A DNA stretch of 64,000 nucleotides from Gemmatimonadota bacterium. Its GTDB lineage: Bacteria; Gemmatimonadota; Gemmatimonadetes; JACCXV01; JAHWKZ01. The notes under the pieces were generated by a model. The model did no database searches. It was not told where the DNA came from and worked only from the letters and a program-made list of their open reading frames with translations. Position numbers and translations under genes: made by a program. This document shows positions 1-8,357 of this stretch, one piece after another. Location: positions 129,010 through 193,009 of the forward strand of contig DATLFH010000018.1 of assembly GCA_035524965.1 (NCBI GenBank), written 5' to 3'. The stretch's first letter is position 1. Each line of letters opens with the position of its first letter.

Positions 1-852
1 GCCCGCGAGCTCAGGCTGCCGCGGGCCGTGCTGGCGGCGATGGTCGGCGGCACGCTCGGTCTCGCCGGCGCCACGTTCCAGGCGCTCCTCCGGAACCCCC
101 TCGCCGAGCCCTACGTGCTGGGGGTCTCGGGAGGCGCCGCCGTGGGCGCGGTCGTGGCGATCGGCGCCGGTTGGGCGGCCTGGGCGGCGTGGACGCTGCC
201 GCTGAGCGCTCTGGGCGGCGCGCTGGTTGCGATCGTCGGCGTGCTCAGGATCGCGCGCGGGGTCGGTCGGGGCCTGGATGTCCGCATCCTTCTCCTCGCC
301 GGCGTCGTCGCGGGGACCTTCTTCAACGCCGTCATCCTCCTTCTCCTCAGCTTCCAGGAGGCCCAGGCGTTCCGCGCGGCCGTGTTCTGGATGATGGGCA
401 GCGTCTCGGGGGCGACGTGGCCCGCGGTGGTCCTGCTGGGTGGCGTTCTCCTTCCCTCGTGCCTCGTGCTGCTCGGTCTCGCGCGCGCGTTCAACCTCCT
501 CGCGGCGGGGGAGGAGACGGCCGGGTTCCTCGGGGTGCGCATCGACCGGGTGCGGCTGATCGCCTACGTGACCGCCTCCATCCTGACGGCCGGAGCGGTC
601 GTGGTCGCCGGCGGGATCGGGTTCGTGGGCCTCTTCGCGCCGCACACGGCGCGGCTTCTCTGGGGCGGCGAGCACAGGCTGCTGCTCCCGGCGGCGCTAC
701 TCCTGGGAGCGGCGTTCCTGCCGCTGGCGGATACGCTGGCACGGATCGCGGTCGCGCCCGCGGAGCTGCCGCTCGGCGTCGTCACCGCGTTCGTCGGCGT
801 GCCGTTCTTCATCGGCGTTCTGCGACGGCAGGCGGGAGAGGCGCGATCATGA
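1..852 (+). CDS. FecCD-family ABC permease (BtuC/FepD-like), 5'-partial
   Basis: The frame is open from nt 1. The translation (ARELRLPRAVLAAMVGGTLGLAGATFQALLRNPLAEPYVLGVSGGAAVGAVVAI...) has the typical FecCD/BtuC motifs and many transmembrane segments. The stop TGA at 850-852 overlaps the ATG of the next gene. Confidence 0.8.
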   Translation, partial: ARELRLPRAVLAAMVGGTLGLAGATFQALLRNPLAEPYVLGVSGGAAVGAVVAIGAGWAAWAAWTLPLSALGGALVAIVGVLRIARGVGRGLDVRILLLAGVVAGTFFNAVILLLLSFQEAQAFRAAVFWMMGSVSGATWPAVVLLGGVLLPSCLVLLGLARAFNLLAAGEETAGFLGVRIDRVRLIAYVTASILTAGAVVVAGGIGFVGLFAPHTARLLWGGEHRLLLPAALLLGAAFLPLADTLARIAVAPAELPLGVVTAFVGVPFFIGVLRRQAGEARS

Positions 853-1721
853 GCGGCGGGATTTCGAACGCCGGAATCTCGAGCGGGGGGATCTCGAGCA
901 CCGGAACCGAGGCGTCGATCTGGCGGGCGGAGGACCTCTCGTTCCGCTACCCCGGAGCGCGGCGGGACGCCGTCTCCGCGGCCGCCCTGACGGTCGGGCC
1001 CGGGGAGATCGTCGCGCTCGTGGGGCCCAACGGGGCCGGCAAGTCGACGCTCCTGAAGCTCCTCGTGGGCGCGCTCGAGCCGGACCGGGGCCGGGCCGAT
1101 TTTCGGGGCCGTCGCGCGGCCGGGTGGGCGAAACCCGAGCTCGCCCGCCGGGTTGGCGTCCTCCCGCAGCAAGAGGAGCCCGCTTTCCCGCTCACGGTGC
1201 GGGAGCTGGTCGCCATGGGACGCTACCCGCACCTGGGGCCGTGGCGTCGCGAGCGGCCGTCCGACCGGGAGGCGATCGCGCGGGCTCTCTCCCGGTGCCG
1301 GGTCGCGGACCTGGCCCACCGCCCGTTCGCGACCCTCTCCGGCGGCGAGCGGCAGCGGGTCCGGCTCGCGCGCGCACTGGCGCAGGAGCCGGAGGCGCTC
1401 GCACTCGACGAGCCCACCGCCTCCCTCGACGTGGCCCATGAAATGGAGCTGTGGGAGATCCTGAAGGGCGAGGCCGCGGTCGGACGCGCGGTCCTCCTGA
1501 CGACGCACAATCTGAACCTGGCAGCCCGCTACGCCGACCGGCTGGCGCTGCTGAGCGTGGGCCGCGTAGCGGCCTCCGGATCCCCGGCTGCGGTCTTCAC
1601 AGAAGCGACGATCGCGGGTGCCTACCAATGGCCGGTTCGGATCGTCCCGCTCGTCGGTCCGGGACCGGATGCAGGCGCGCCGCAGATCGTCCCGGTCCGT
1701 GACGGAAGAACTCGTCCATGA
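849..1721 (+). CDS. ABC transporter ATP-binding protein (FepC/BtuD-like)
   Basis: ATG at 849 overlaps the upstream stop. It has Walker A GPNGAGKST, the ABC signature LSGGERQR and Walker B LALDEP. The long ORF 171..1721 is an artefactual N-terminal extension. Confidence 0.8.
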   Translation: MSGGISNAGISSGGISSTGTEASIWRAEDLSFRYPGARRDAVSAAALTVGPGEIVALVGPNGAGKSTLLKLLVGALEPDRGRADFRGRRAAGWAKPELARRVGVLPQQEEPAFPLTVRELVAMGRYPHLGPWRRERPSDREAIARALSRCRVADLAHRPFATLSGGERQRVRLARALAQEPEALALDEPTASLDVAHEMELWEILKGEAAVGRAVLLTTHNLNLAARYADRLALLSVGRVAASGSPAAVFTEATIAGAYQWPVRIVPLVGPGPDAGAPQIVPVRDGRTRP

Positions 1722-1737
1722 ACGGAAGGAGTCATCC

Positions 1738-3684
1738 ATGAATCGCGGGAGTCTCTTCGCACCGATCGTCCTCGTCATCCTCGCCCTTTCCACGACCGCG
1801 GATCGGGTCGCCGCACAGGAGACGCCCGACTCGCTGGACCTCATCCACATGCCGCCGATCGTCGTCACCGCGACACGCACGCCTGCCCCGCCGGAAGAGA
1901 TCGGCTCCTCGATCACGGTCGTCACGCGCCAGGAGATCGAGCGGCGCCAGTACCGGACCGTGATCGAGGCGCTGCGCGCAGTCCCCGGTGTCGCCGTGGC
2001 ACAGGCGGGACCGGGCGGCGTCGCGTCGGTCTTCCTGCGGGGTGCGGGCTCCGACCAGACCCTCGTCCTGCTGGACGGCATCGAGCTGGGCGACCCCAGC
2101 ACGCCGAACGGCGCGTACGACCTCGCCCATCTGACGACGGCCAACATCGAGCGGATCGAGATCGTCCGAGGCCCGCAAAGCACGCTCTACGGGTCGACCG
2201 CGATGGGCGGGGTGATCCACGTGCTGACGCGCGGCGGTGCGGGGCCGGCCCGACTCCGCATGGGAGCCGAGGCGGGGAAGCACGGAAACTTCCAGGGAAG
2301 GGCCGGCCTCTCGGGGGGTTCGGAGGCGCTGGGCTACTCCGCGGTCGGGATCCGCCGCCGGGCCGGCGGCTTCTCGGCGGCCAGCCCGGTGGATGGCGAT
2401 GCCGAGCCGGACGACCACGACGTGAGCGAGTTCTCGGGTCGACTCGGTTGGCGGCCGGGCGGCCCCCTGGCGCTCGATTTCACGCTGCGGGCCAGCGACG
2501 CCGCGACCGACCGTGATCAGGAAGGACCCGGCGGCGACGATCCCAATGCGGTCACCGAGGCCGAGCTCCTGGCGCTGAGCGCCCGTGGCGCGGCTCACGG
2601 ATGGGACGACCGCTGGGCGACCGCGTTCGGCGTGTCGCTCGTCCATCATGACCGGGCGAGCCGGGATGATCCGGATGCCGCCCGACCGGAGGAGCGATCG
2701 CGAAGCCGCTTCGAGGGCCGGAGGTGGAAGCTCGATTGGCAGAACGACTTCGCGTTGTGGCCGTCGCAGCGTTTGACGGCCGGCATCGAGACCGAGCGCG
2801 AGTCGGCCGAGACGGCGTTCACGTCAGACGGGGCCTTCGGACCCTTCGAGAGCGTCTTCCCCGAAGAGTCGGCCCGCACGACCGGCGCGTTCATTCAACA
2901 TCAGGCCGGCTTCGGCGACGCGCTCTTCCTCGTGGCCGGCGGCCGGCTCGACGACCACAGCCGGTTCGGCCGCGCCATGACGTGGCGGGTGTCGCCGACC
3001 TTCCGTATCGCGGCGACCGGGACGCGGCTCAAGGCGGCCTACGGAACCGGTTTCAAGGCCCCGTCCCTGTTCCAGCTCTTCGATCCGGGGTTCGGGAACC
3101 CGGCGCTGGAGCCGGAGGAGAGCGCCGGCTGGGAGGCCGGGGTCGAGCAGGATCTCGCGCGCAATCACCTGCGGGTCGCGCTGACGGGTTTCGGAACGAA
3201 GTTCGAAGACCTGGTCGGGTTCACGTTTCCCGAAGGGTTCCGGAACATCAGCGCAGCCGAGACGAGGGGGCTCGAGGTATGGGCGTCGGCCTTTCCGGCG
3301 GCCGGCGTGCGGATCGGCGGGTCGTACACGTTCACCGACGCCGAGGATGCGAGCGGCGGTGAGGAAGACGGAAGGCCGCTCCTGCGCCGGCCGCGCCACC
3401 AGGCGAACCTCGACGCGGACGCGGACGTGGGTCGGCGCGGGAACGTGGCGTTCGGTGCCCGATGGGTGGGGGCGCGCGACGATTTCGACTTCTCGGGTTT
3501 TCCCGCCCTCCGCGTGACGCTCGACGGCTATCTGCTCGTCCGGCTGGCCGCAGGATACGACGTGTCCGACACGGTTCACGTCTTCGGCCGTATCGAGAAC
3601 CTCTTCGACGAGGAGTACGAGGAGGTGCTTCACTTCGGCACTCTCGGGCGCGCGGCAACGATCGGCCTGCAAGCGGAGCTGTAG
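1738..3684 (+). CDS. TonB-dependent outer membrane receptor, BtuB (cobalamin) type
   Basis: It has a signal peptide (MNRGSLFAPIVLVILALSTTA) and a TonB-box-like PPIVVTATR. The plug region (VVTRQEIERRQY, LRGAGSDQTLVLLDG, RGPQSTLYGSTAMGGVIHV) closely parallels E. coli BtuB. The barrel is about 650 aa. Confidence 0.8.
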   Translation: MNRGSLFAPIVLVILALSTTADRVAAQETPDSLDLIHMPPIVVTATRTPAPPEEIGSSITVVTRQEIERRQYRTVIEALRAVPGVAVAQAGPGGVASVFLRGAGSDQTLVLLDGIELGDPSTPNGAYDLAHLTTANIERIEIVRGPQSTLYGSTAMGGVIHVLTRGGAGPARLRMGAEAGKHGNFQGRAGLSGGSEALGYSAVGIRRRAGGFSAASPVDGDAEPDDHDVSEFSGRLGWRPGGPLALDFTLRASDAATDRDQEGPGGDDPNAVTEAELLALSARGAAHGWDDRWATAFGVSLVHHDRASRDDPDAARPEERSRSRFEGRRWKLDWQNDFALWPSQRLTAGIETERESAETAFTSDGAFGPFESVFPEESARTTGAFIQHQAGFGDALFLVAGGRLDDHSRFGRAMTWRVSPTFRIAATGTRLKAAYGTGFKAPSLFQLFDPGFGNPALEPEESAGWEAGVEQDLARNHLRVALTGFGTKFEDLVGFTFPEGFRNISAAETRGLEVWASAFPAAGVRIGGSYTFTDAEDASGGEEDGRPLLRRPRHQANLDADADVGRRGNVAFGARWVGARDDFDFSGFPALRVTLDGYLLVRLAAGYDVSDTVHVFGRIENLFDEEYEEVLHFGTLGRAATIGLQAEL

Positions 3685-3750
3685 CGAGGCGCGCGCACGA
3701 TAGCCGGACCGGTGGTCGGCGCCGCCATGCGTTCCTAACTTTGGCCTCCG

Positions 3751-5880
3751 ATGTTCCCGCCGCGCGTTCTTTTTTCCCCGCTCCTCGTGGCCGTGGTCCC
3801 GCTGATGTCGCCTCCGGCGAGCGCGTGGTCGCAAGACGCCCCGGATACGACCGCCGCGGCGGACACGACCGCGGACACCCTCGCGCCGGCCGACTCGGCG
3901 CTCTTCTTTCCCGCGATCAGCGACCCGCGGGTCACGCTCCTGGGGGACACGCTGGGGCCCGCCGACACCCTGCGGCCGAAGTTCGCCGAGCTCCCGGAGA
4001 TCTACCCCGACAGCGTGATCGATCCTTACACCCTCGACCGTCCGGGGGCGGAGCCGGAGTGGGTGCTGACCGGGAACGAGCTCCTGGGACGCGGGGCCCA
4101 GAGCCTCCTCGACGTGCTGGAGAGCGAGACCCTCGCGCTTGGCCAGGACCTGGGCGGGAGCGGCCTGGCGGTGTTCATCGGCTCGCCACACGGGACTTCC
4201 GGCGGCGTCCAGGTCGTCGTCGATGGGGTCCCGGCGGGCGGGCCGCTCACCGTGCAGTGGGACCTGCGGCGGATCCCGATCGAGTCGATCGCGCGGGTCG
4301 CGTGGTACCCGGGAGCCCAGACCGCCGCGTGGGGAGGTTCCGCCACCGGGGGCGTCCTGGCGATCACCACGCGGCGAAGCCTCGCCCCGTCGGCGCGATC
4401 GATGCTCGCCTTCTCGGTCGGGTCGTTCGACATGGAGGGTTTCAGCGGGAACCTCGCCCGCCCGATCACCGCCCGCGGCGACGCCTTCGTGGCCGCGAAC
4501 TTCGACGCCACGGACGGCTTCCTGCAGACCGGCGACTTCACCCGCAACCAGCTCGCCGTCAAGGCCGGCTGGCGGTTCGGCGCCCGTCAGCGACTGGAGT
4601 TGAGCCGGCTGAGCGACGGCTTATCGGGGGAGGCGAACCGCGCCAACCTGACCGGCGAAGAAGACACGGACGCCGTCCTGCTCCACGCCTTCTACGGTGG
4701 CGGCGCCGGACCGGTGGCGGTGCGCGCGCACGGGTACCGGGAGACCCAGGAGCTGAACCAGAGCTTCGAGTACCGGGGCGCGGGAGGGCTGATCGGCGAC
4801 GGCGAGCGGACGGGTGCACGCGCCGAGATCGACCTGCGCGGCGGGCCGTTCACCTCCTGGGGCGCGGCGGCGTGGGAGGAGGCGGAGGTGAGCTCGACCC
4901 ACCCCGCGTTCCTGCGCGGGGACGGCTCGAGCGTGCTGGAGCCGCGGCCGGTGGACGACCCCGGCGCGGCGCTCGTCGTCAACCCCCGCCGCACGACGGA
5001 GTGGGGCGCGGGGATCGGATACCGCGAATCGGACGGCCGGCTGGCCGCGAGCGGTGCCGTCCGCCGGCTCGACTTCGGGGACGCCGCCGAAGCCGGGACC
5101 GCCTGGCGGGTCGATGGTGTCGGTCGGTTCGCCAGGGGGGTGACGATCCGTGCCAGCGCGGGCCGCGCCCTCCGCCCGGCGAGCCCGTTGGGCCAGGCGC
5201 TGCTGGCGTCCTTCGCGGCCGACGGTCTGGAGATCCATCCGGGGCGCGCGGCGGCGCCGGAGGCGCTCGCGATCTGGACCGGCTGGCGCGCCGAAGCGGC
5301 CTGGAGCGGGAGCGGTTGGCGTCTCAAAGGGGTCGCGTACGGAGCGAAGGGGCGGGGCGCATTCCTGTGGCTGCCGCCGACGGCGTGGCTCTACTTCGAT
5401 CGCGGCGACCTGGAGACCGTTCGTCTCGGGGAGATCGGGTTCAACACCTTCGACGTCGTCGATCTTTCCGCCAGCGGGCTCGAGGCGGAGCTGGCCGTGC
5501 CGCTCCCCTGGGACCTGCGGGGTCATCTGAGGTTCCGGCGGCTGGATCTGACCGAGGACGTTTCGGGCGACGCGGTGCCGTACGTGCCGCGGATCCAGGC
5601 GCTCGGCCAACTGCGCTACGCGCGTCGCTTCTTTCCCAGCCGGGACCTCCTCCTCGAGGCGCGCCTGAGCGGACGCTACGTAGACGAGCGGTCGACCCTC
5701 GAGGGCGAGCGCCTGTCCGACTACCTGGTCGGCGACCTCCTCGTACAGGCGACCGTCATCAACTTCACGATCTTCCTCTCGTTCAAGAACCTCGCCGGCC
5801 AGTCGGTGCTCGCCGAAGAGTCGTTCTCCCTTCCCGGGCGCGAGGGGTACTTCGGCGTCAACTGGCGGTTCCGCAACTAG
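3751..5880 (+). CDS. TonB-dependent receptor-like outer membrane beta-barrel protein
   Basis: It has a signal peptide, a plug-like N-terminal region, and a C-terminus ...YFGVNWRFRN with the terminal aromatic motif typical of TBDR barrels. No clear TonB box was found. Confidence 0.6.
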   Translation: MFPPRVLFSPLLVAVVPLMSPPASAWSQDAPDTTAAADTTADTLAPADSALFFPAISDPRVTLLGDTLGPADTLRPKFAELPEIYPDSVIDPYTLDRPGAEPEWVLTGNELLGRGAQSLLDVLESETLALGQDLGGSGLAVFIGSPHGTSGGVQVVVDGVPAGGPLTVQWDLRRIPIESIARVAWYPGAQTAAWGGSATGGVLAITTRRSLAPSARSMLAFSVGSFDMEGFSGNLARPITARGDAFVAANFDATDGFLQTGDFTRNQLAVKAGWRFGARQRLELSRLSDGLSGEANRANLTGEEDTDAVLLHAFYGGGAGPVAVRAHGYRETQELNQSFEYRGAGGLIGDGERTGARAEIDLRGGPFTSWGAAAWEEAEVSSTHPAFLRGDGSSVLEPRPVDDPGAALVVNPRRTTEWGAGIGYRESDGRLAASGAVRRLDFGDAAEAGTAWRVDGVGRFARGVTIRASAGRALRPASPLGQALLASFAADGLEIHPGRAAAPEALAIWTGWRAEAAWSGSGWRLKGVAYGAKGRGAFLWLPPTAWLYFDRGDLETVRLGEIGFNTFDVVDLSASGLEAELAVPLPWDLRGHLRFRRLDLTEDVSGDAVPYVPRIQALGQLRYARRFFPSRDLLLEARLSGRYVDERSTLEGERLSDYLVGDLLVQATVINFTIFLSFKNLAGQSVLAEESFSLPGREGYFGVNWRFRN

Positions 5881-5988
5881 CGACAGGTCCCTTCAGTAAC
5901 GACTCGCGGGCGGCAGATGTAACTTCCGCGCGAATGGGGTAAGCTATTCCCGACCGTGAGGATCACCCATCGATGGAGGCGATCTCAG

Positions 5989-6324
5989 ATGTCCAGGATA
6001 CGGGTTCCTACCGCGGTAGTGCTCGCCGTGATGCTGGCGGCGGCTGGTGCCGGCTGCGGAGGAGGGTCCGACGAAGCCGGCTCGGCGGAGGCCGTCGACA
6101 GCGCGGCCTACCAGCGCACGGTAGCGACCACGCTGCAGCCGGGGATGGGTCAGGACGAGGTCAGGAACAAGCTCGGGGAGCCACGCACCCGGGTTACGAT
6201 GGACGGCGGCCTCGAGCGCTGGACGTACTACAATTACGATGAGCAGGGACAGATCGCGGCCAAGACGCTGATCATCTTCGGCAACGATGGAAAGGTGGTC
6301 GAGGTCAACGACATGTCCCCGTGA
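5989..6324 (+). CDS. BamE/SmpA-OmlA-like lipoprotein
   Basis: GGAGG lies 9 nt before ATG 5989. A lipoprotein signal is present (LAAAGAGCGGG), and the motif TLQPGMGQDEVRNKLGEP resembles the BamE GMT..V...LG.P signature. Confidence 0.5.
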   Translation: MSRIRVPTAVVLAVMLAAAGAGCGGGSDEAGSAEAVDSAAYQRTVATTLQPGMGQDEVRNKLGEPRTRVTMDGGLERWTYYNYDEQGQIAAKTLIIFGNDGKVVEVNDMSP

Positions 6325-6348
6325 CAGCGCGGAGGTGACGCGGACCGC

Positions 6349-7086
6349 GTGAGCCTGGCGCGGACGGCGTACGCGTGGGCGATCGGCGTGCTGTACACGC
6401 TGTTCTGGGCCACGTTGGGCATCGTCACCTGGCCGTTGAGCCCTCGCGGCGAGCTGTACCTGAAGTACGCGCGCATCTGGTCGGCCTGGATCCTGGCCAG
6501 CCTCCGCATTCCACTGACGATTGAGCGCCGGGCGCCGCTCGATCCGCACGCGTCCTATCTCTTCATGTCGAACCATCGGTCGATCTTCGACATCTTCGCT
6601 CTCTTCCTCGCCACCGAGCACTCCCTGCGGATGGTCGCGAAGCGTGAGCTGTTCTACATCCCGATTCTCGGCTGGTCCCTCTGGATGTGCGGCTTCATAC
6701 CGATCGATCGCAGCAACCGGCCGCAGGCGATCGAGAGCCTGAACGAGGCCGCGCGGCGGATCCGCGCCGGGACCAGCGTGCTCGTCTTCCCGGAGGGGAC
6801 GCGCAACCCCGGAGGCGTCGGGCTCCAGTCGTTCAAGAAGGGAGGGTTCATGATGGCCCTGCAAGCGGCCGCGCCGATCGTGCCGGTCGCCGTCCTCGGC
6901 AGCGAGCGGATCATGCCCAAGGGGGCGCTCACCGTGGGCCGCGGGTCGATCACGGTGCGGGTCGGAGCGCCGATCGTCACCGCCGGCCGGGACGCCGAAA
7001 AGCGCGACCTTCTCATCGCCGAGGTGCGGACCGCGATGGAAGATCTACTCGCGGATCCGGTTGCAGCCGAGAAACGCGGGCCCTAA
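6349..7086 (+). CDS. plsC: 1-acyl-sn-glycerol-3-phosphate acyltransferase
   Basis: GTG start. It carries the acyltransferase motifs NHRSIFD (HX4D) and FPEGTR. Confidence 0.8.
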   Translation: MSLARTAYAWAIGVLYTLFWATLGIVTWPLSPRGELYLKYARIWSAWILASLRIPLTIERRAPLDPHASYLFMSNHRSIFDIFALFLATEHSLRMVAKRELFYIPILGWSLWMCGFIPIDRSNRPQAIESLNEAARRIRAGTSVLVFPEGTRNPGGVGLQSFKKGGFMMALQAAAPIVPVAVLGSERIMPKGALTVGRGSITVRVGAPIVTAGRDAEKRDLLIAEVRTAMEDLLADPVAAEKRGP

Positions 7087-7128
7087 ATTCAATGAACGAT
7101 CCTCAAGCGACAGACTTCCTTTAAATCG

Positions 7129-7219
7129 CAGTCCCGTGAGGCTCGAAAGGAAGGCCGCTTCATGCTCGTAACATCCCTGCGCTCGATCCGGCGTCTCCGC
7201 CCCGCGGAGACTTTTTTTT
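7129..7219 (+). promoter_or_regulatory. Putative PyrR-binding attenuator leader plus intrinsic terminator upstream of carAB
   Basis: CAGUCCCGUGAGGCUCGAAAGGAAGG (7129-7154) resembles the PyrR binding loop CAGUCCAGAGAGGCUGAGAAGGAU. It is followed by the hairpin GTCTCCGccccgCGGAGAC plus T8 (7193-7219), immediately 5' of the carA start. Confidence 0.45.
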
Positions 7220-7223
7220 GCGC

Positions 7224-8354
7224 GTGATCGAGCGACCCGCGCGGCTCGCTCTCGAGGACGGCTGGACGGCGCTCGGGCGCGCGGTGGGCTCACCCGGGAG
7301 CGGCGGCGGCGAGTGCGTCTTCAACACCTGCCTGTCGGGCTATCAGGAAGTGCTGACCGACCCGTCCTACGCCGGCCAGATCGTCGTCATGACGTACCCG
7401 CTGATCGGCAACTACGGGATCACGGCCGAGGACAGCGAATCGTCCGGACCGCAGGTGGCGGGCTTCGTCGTGCGCGAGTGCGTGCGGCGGCCGTCGAACT
7501 GGCGGGCGGTCGAGTCGCTCCCCGCCTATCTCGAGCGGCACGCCGTGACCGCGATCGAGGGCATCGACACCCGCGCGCTGACCCGTCACCTGCGCGTGCG
7601 GGGCGCGCTCCGGGGCGTGATCACGACCGAGGACCTGGATGCCGAGGCGGCGATCCAGCGCGCCCGGTCGCTTCCGCTGATGGAAGGGCAGGACCTGACC
7701 GGCGAGGTGACGTGCGCCGCACTGGGAGTCGAAGGAGCGGTCGCAGGGCGGCTCACGGTGGCCGCCCTCGACTACGGGCTCAAGCAGAACATCCTGCGTC
7801 GCCTGGGAGCGGCGGGCTGCCGCGTCCTTCGTCTGCCTGCGGACGCCACCGCCGAGGACGCGCTCGCTTTACGGCCGGACGGGCTCTTCATCTCGAACGG
7901 CCCCGGCGATCCGGCGGCGGCCAGTCGGGCGATCGAGACGCTGCGCCAGATCGGTCGCCGGGCGCCGGACCTGCCGACGTTCGGGATCTGCCTCGGCCAC
8001 CAGCTCCTCGCCCTCGCCCACGGCGGGTCGACGTACAAGCTGAAGTTCGGCCACCATGGCGGGAACCATCCCGTCCAGGACCTGCGGACTCGCGAGATCG
8101 ACATCACCAGCCACAACCATGGTTTTTCGGTCCGTGAGGCGACGGACGGCGCCCGCCGAATCGTGGCCGGTGCGCCGGAGCTCGAGGTCACGCACGTGAA
8201 CCTCTACGACGGGACGCTCGAGGGGTTCCGGCACGTCGAGCGCCCGCTCTTCGCGGTCCAGTACCACCCCGAGGCCGCCCCCGGACCCCACGACGCACGG
8301 CACCACTTCGACGAGTTCGTGGCGATGATCGAGAGCCGGCGCGGGGAAGCCTAG
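7224..8354 (+). CDS. carA: Carbamoyl-phosphate synthase small (glutaminase) subunit
   Basis: LALEDGW...VFNTCLSGYQEVLTDPSYAGQIVVMTYPLIGNYGIT is the canonical CarA N-terminus, and the GATase domain has catalytic Cys (GICLGHQ). The GTG at 7224 is preferred because the TTG at 7218 lies inside the terminator T-run. Confidence 0.9.
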   Translation: MIERPARLALEDGWTALGRAVGSPGSGGGECVFNTCLSGYQEVLTDPSYAGQIVVMTYPLIGNYGITAEDSESSGPQVAGFVVRECVRRPSNWRAVESLPAYLERHAVTAIEGIDTRALTRHLRVRGALRGVITTEDLDAEAAIQRARSLPLMEGQDLTGEVTCAALGVEGAVAGRLTVAALDYGLKQNILRRLGAAGCRVLRLPADATAEDALALRPDGLFISNGPGDPAAASRAIETLRQIGRRAPDLPTFGICLGHQLLALAHGGSTYKLKFGHHGGNHPVQDLRTREIDITSHNHGFSVREATDGARRIVAGAPELEVTHVNLYDGTLEGFRHVERPLFAVQYHPEAAPGPHDARHHFDEFVAMIESRRGEA

Positions 8355-8357
8355 CCG

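Noticed and set aside
849-905. Short imperfect tandem repeat encoding GISNAGISSGGISSTG at the ATPase N-terminus
   Set aside because: It is only about 2.5 degenerate copies and is likely a flexible N-terminal tail rather than a meaningful repeat element.
171-1721. 516-aa ORF extending the ABC ATPase about 680 nt upstream
   Set aside because: The extension overlaps the permease gene in another frame and is low-complexity. The ATG at 849 overlaps the permease stop and starts a canonical ABC N-terminus.
564-2183. Long minus-strand ORF (539 aa) antisense to the ABC ATPase/TBDR genes; similar long antisense ORFs occur at 2824-4191, 9618-11570, 12855-15212(+), 16369-18648, 23473-25905, 32475-34394, 34025-36586, 42101-43414 and 43734-44978
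   Set aside because: These are typical stop-codon-poor reading frames in about 70% GC DNA. The products are Arg/Pro/Gly-rich low-complexity strings. They lie opposite genes with clear conserved motifs and have no RBS or sensible domain content.
7218-7220. TTG start for carA as given in the ORF track
   Set aside because: The TTG lies within the T-run of the upstream intrinsic terminator, so the GTG at 7224 is preferred. The difference is 2 codons and low impact.
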